Below, one piece after another: positions 61,340-64,000 of a DNA stretch of 64,000 bases. The translations under genes and the position numbers were made by a program. The stretch is taken from positions 3,038,001 to 3,102,000 of the forward strand of contig JBHGNT010000013.1 of assembly GCA_043228905.1 (NCBI GenBank), given 5' to 3'. Every line of letters begins with the position of its first letter. Position 1 is the first letter of the stretch. The stretch comes from Azolla caroliniana (taxonomy: Eukaryota; Plantae; Polypodiophyta). Under the pieces are notes generated by a model. It was not told where the DNA came from. It saw only the letters and a program-made list of their open reading frames with translations, and searched no databases.

Positions 61340-62138
61340 GTCCACCCGACCGATTTGGCTACAACGATAGGGATGCGACCATTGCCGCATGCGAAACCGT
61401 TTGGCTGAAAAGAATCTTGAAGGATCTGGGCGTCCCATCATGGATCCAATTCTCCTTTACTGCGACAACATGAGCAACATTCATCTGGCTCGGAACCCAA
61501 TCTTTCATGCTCAGACCAATCACATTGAAGTGCATTATCACTTCATCCAAGAGCATGTCCTGGCTGGAGATGTCGACTTGCAACACATCAGTATGAATCT
61601 GCAAACAGTCGACATCTTCACGAAGGCCCTCAGAGTTAACAAGCTGCAATAGTTCACGACAAACCTCGGTCTTTCGACCACTAACCAGCTGAGCTTGAGG
61701 GGGAGTAAGAGTAAGGATAAGGAGCCATCCGACACGAAGTCAGACGGAGCAAAACAAACACATGAGTGAGCAGGCCATCCACAATCGAAGCCGAAACCAG
61801 ACCCGTTCGAACCAACTATCTGGTGACCAGAAGTTGTGTTTGAGGGGGTGTGTTGAGAATCAAACTCAACTTCCCTAGTGTGGGAACACACCTTAGTATC
61901 TCAAGCGTGTGAACACCCCACCTCCTAATATAGAGTAACTAGTGTGTCATAGAACTTTAAGTTGTATGACACATATTTCATAAATAGTTAAGACTCTACC
62001 TCTTTCCCAAGAGACGGTTCAAGTGAGAGAACTTAGAGAGAAGGTGACTATATAAGCACCTTCTCCTTCTCTTTGTAATTGTTGTTGGTTCATTCTTGCT
62101 CCTTGTTAATACAATTTTCTTGTTTTCAGTATACATTG

Positions 62139-62196
<58 letters not shown>

Positions 62197-62234
62197 TCTC
62201 TTCCGCTGCACAGAATCACTCCCGATTCTTTACA
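61340..62234 (+). mobile_element. Copia RNase H end, PPT and 3' LTR (61851 to about 62234), probably the 3' end of C1
   Basis: LLYCDNMSNIHLARNPIFHAQTNHIEVHYHF..DIFTKAL; PPT-like motifs at 61691-61705 and 61840-61850; LTR TGTTGAG...TTTACA. Confidence 0.85.
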
Positions 62235-62357
62235 ATTCTAATTAAGGTAAACAACACCATTTACGAAATTATAAGTTGAGTTATTGTTCTCTTTCTCTTG
62301 CCTATTCTCTCTCTTAGTTCTTAGTTTCGTCTTGGTTCTGCTCTATTATACTCATCC

Positions 62358-62645
62358 ATGACAATATGGACACTTTTACCAATGTTGATGAGTCAAATAG
62401 GTAAAGTGTTGGTATCTCCTCATGCAAATGCTACAAATAAATGCAATTTTTGTGTGTTATGGGATACAAGTCGTAAGAGGCCAAGATGGGTGTGTATGAA
62501 CACACCTGGTATGGAAAGACTTTATTTTGAATTGAAGTGGGAGATATTTGTAGGTCATTGTTTTGGATGTGGTGAATGGGGTCACTTTATGGTGGAATAT
62601 CAACGTCATTGTACTTCAACTTTGGAGGTTCCTAATGAAGGGAAT
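62358..62645 (+). pseudogene. L1-type LINE ORF1 zinc-knuckle fragment
   Basis: IGKVL...ELKWEIFVGHCFGCGEWGHF (CX2CX4H knuckle), cut by the LTR at 62646. Confidence 0.55.
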
Positions 62646-64000
62646 TGTCAGAACAAAGTAAAAGATAGAGTGATGAAAGAAGGATATAAAGAGAACAAAA
62701 TGATAAGAGAAGAACGGGTGTATTAAGATAGGATGAGCACAAGAGGAACCATATACAAGATAGGTGATGAGAGCTTAAGATTGGTGTTGATTTGAAATTA
62801 TTTGAGAAGACTTGTATGTCTCTATTTATTGGTTCGTATAGAATAGCCTAGAGATTTTTGTAATGTTCTAGACCTAGAATATGTTAAGATGTTCTAGAAT
62901 ATTCAAGAACGTTCTAGAATGCTCTAGAGTTTTTACAATAATCAATATATTACAAAAAGTATATTTTATTATATGGCAATAGGATATCTTAATGGTTGGG
63001 TTTTCTATTATGAATTGCAAGGTCATGGGTTCAAGACTAGATGAATCCATGATGTTTATGTGTTCATGATAATATCGCTCCTTATAGAGCGATGAGTGGA
63101 AGTCAGTGTTAATAATCCAAGGTTGGGTTTGTTTTGATAATGGAAATGGACAAGAGCTTGAGCATTACAAACATTATCAACAGGTTCCAAAGTGCAATCA
63201 CTCGGAGGATAGTCTAGCCAATCAACTAGATAATAGAGCTTATTGTGCTAGCAGCTACCTCATAGATAGGTCCGTCAGCAAGTTGGAGAGAAGGCGGAGT
63301 TAACAAAACAAGATTAGGAATTGAAGGGGTATGACAAGGTTCCAAAAGAGAGCTATGAAAGACTAGGTGAAGCCATAACTGTGTAGGAAGATTAAGAAGA
63401 AATTTTGCATCATTAATCTGCGTTGTGATGACAAAACGACCTAAGTATTGATAATCGAGCTTAGCACACAACCGGGTGGTCTTGATGTGATGACAAAGCA
63501 ACCATACTCGGTCACCAATCTTAAAAGGAAACTTAAGACAATGTCGATCTACGTTGGTCTTATGTTGTGCTTGAGCTTTTTGAAAATGTGAAGATAACAC
63601 TAACTAGATAGGTTGTAGTCAGCGGAGGTGATGCTCCACACTAGGGTTTGGTGAGACCTTGGGAAGTTCCATGATACACCACCAATGATGGTTGTCGGTG
63701 TAGGCAAAGAAAGGTATAACCTTCGTAGAAGAGTGTACCATGTTATTGTACATAAACTCGTTTCAATTTCAAGATCATTTTTCGTCCAAGGAAACAACAA
63801 GGGAAAGTAGATGCTCTATCTTGACGTTCATATGTGGCACTTTAGCCTAGAGATCTGACCTTCGACAATCAAAAGCAAATTCTCCTAGGTCCATCAAAGC
63901 TACATGCAACAATAGTTTATGCCACACCACTTGATTCAAGCCTTCTATAAGGAATTCAAGTGTTAGAACACTGTCACGATGCCCCAATGGCTAGACATTT
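62646..64000 (-). mobile_element. Second decayed Tcn1-like chromovirus: LTR 62646-63071, chromodomain, integrase; a + strand RNase H/integrase fragment follows about 63790
   Basis: GDRVWL..KLDYQYLG..HLVFHSSLLEP..YEVAA in 63226..63600; a ~426-bp LTR colinear with 24902-25330; HDAPMA on + at the window end. Confidence 0.8.
62978..63045 (+). promoter_or_regulatory. Degenerate tRNA-derived A/B-box module in the second chromovirus LTR
   Basis: TATCTTAATGG (62985-62995), AGGTC at 63020-63024, GGTTCAAGACT (63028-63038). Same relative position and orientation as in LTR 24902-25330. Confidence 0.5.

Overview
Eukaryotic nuclear DNA from a land plant, probably a non-seed plant (bryophyte, lycophyte or fern). 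That assignment is an inference from the Tcn1-type chromoviruses, RTEX-like LINEs and fungal-type Ty3 RT motifs. The left third holds two convergent host genes: the last exon of an S40/DUF584 senescence regulator (+) and a complete 11-exon RAD23 gene (-, 383 aa) whose 9.6-kb intron 7 is filled with nested Copia and LINE insertions. From about 23.9 kb to the end the window is a deeply nested and rearranged LTR-retrotransposon pile. It contains one intact, very young Tork/Tnt1-like Copia (36324-41681, apparently identical 621-bp LTRs), several decayed Copia and Ty3/Gypsy elements, and solo LTRs. Most notable observations: (1) four LTRs of two types each carry a tRNA-derived A-box/B-box Pol III module antisense to, and upstream of, the LTR TATA box, a possible tRNA analogue of 5S-carrying Cassandra LTRs; (2) every TGTCG-ended element junction has a 4-bp target with a central CpG; (3) a likely -1 ribosomal frameshift (G GAT TTT) lies between protease and RT of a tRNA-Trp-primed Gypsy; (4) a probable 29.5-kb inversion inside a Tat-like element; (5) a covarying hairpin encloses the Copia PPT. 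All coordinates were read by eye and no searches were run.
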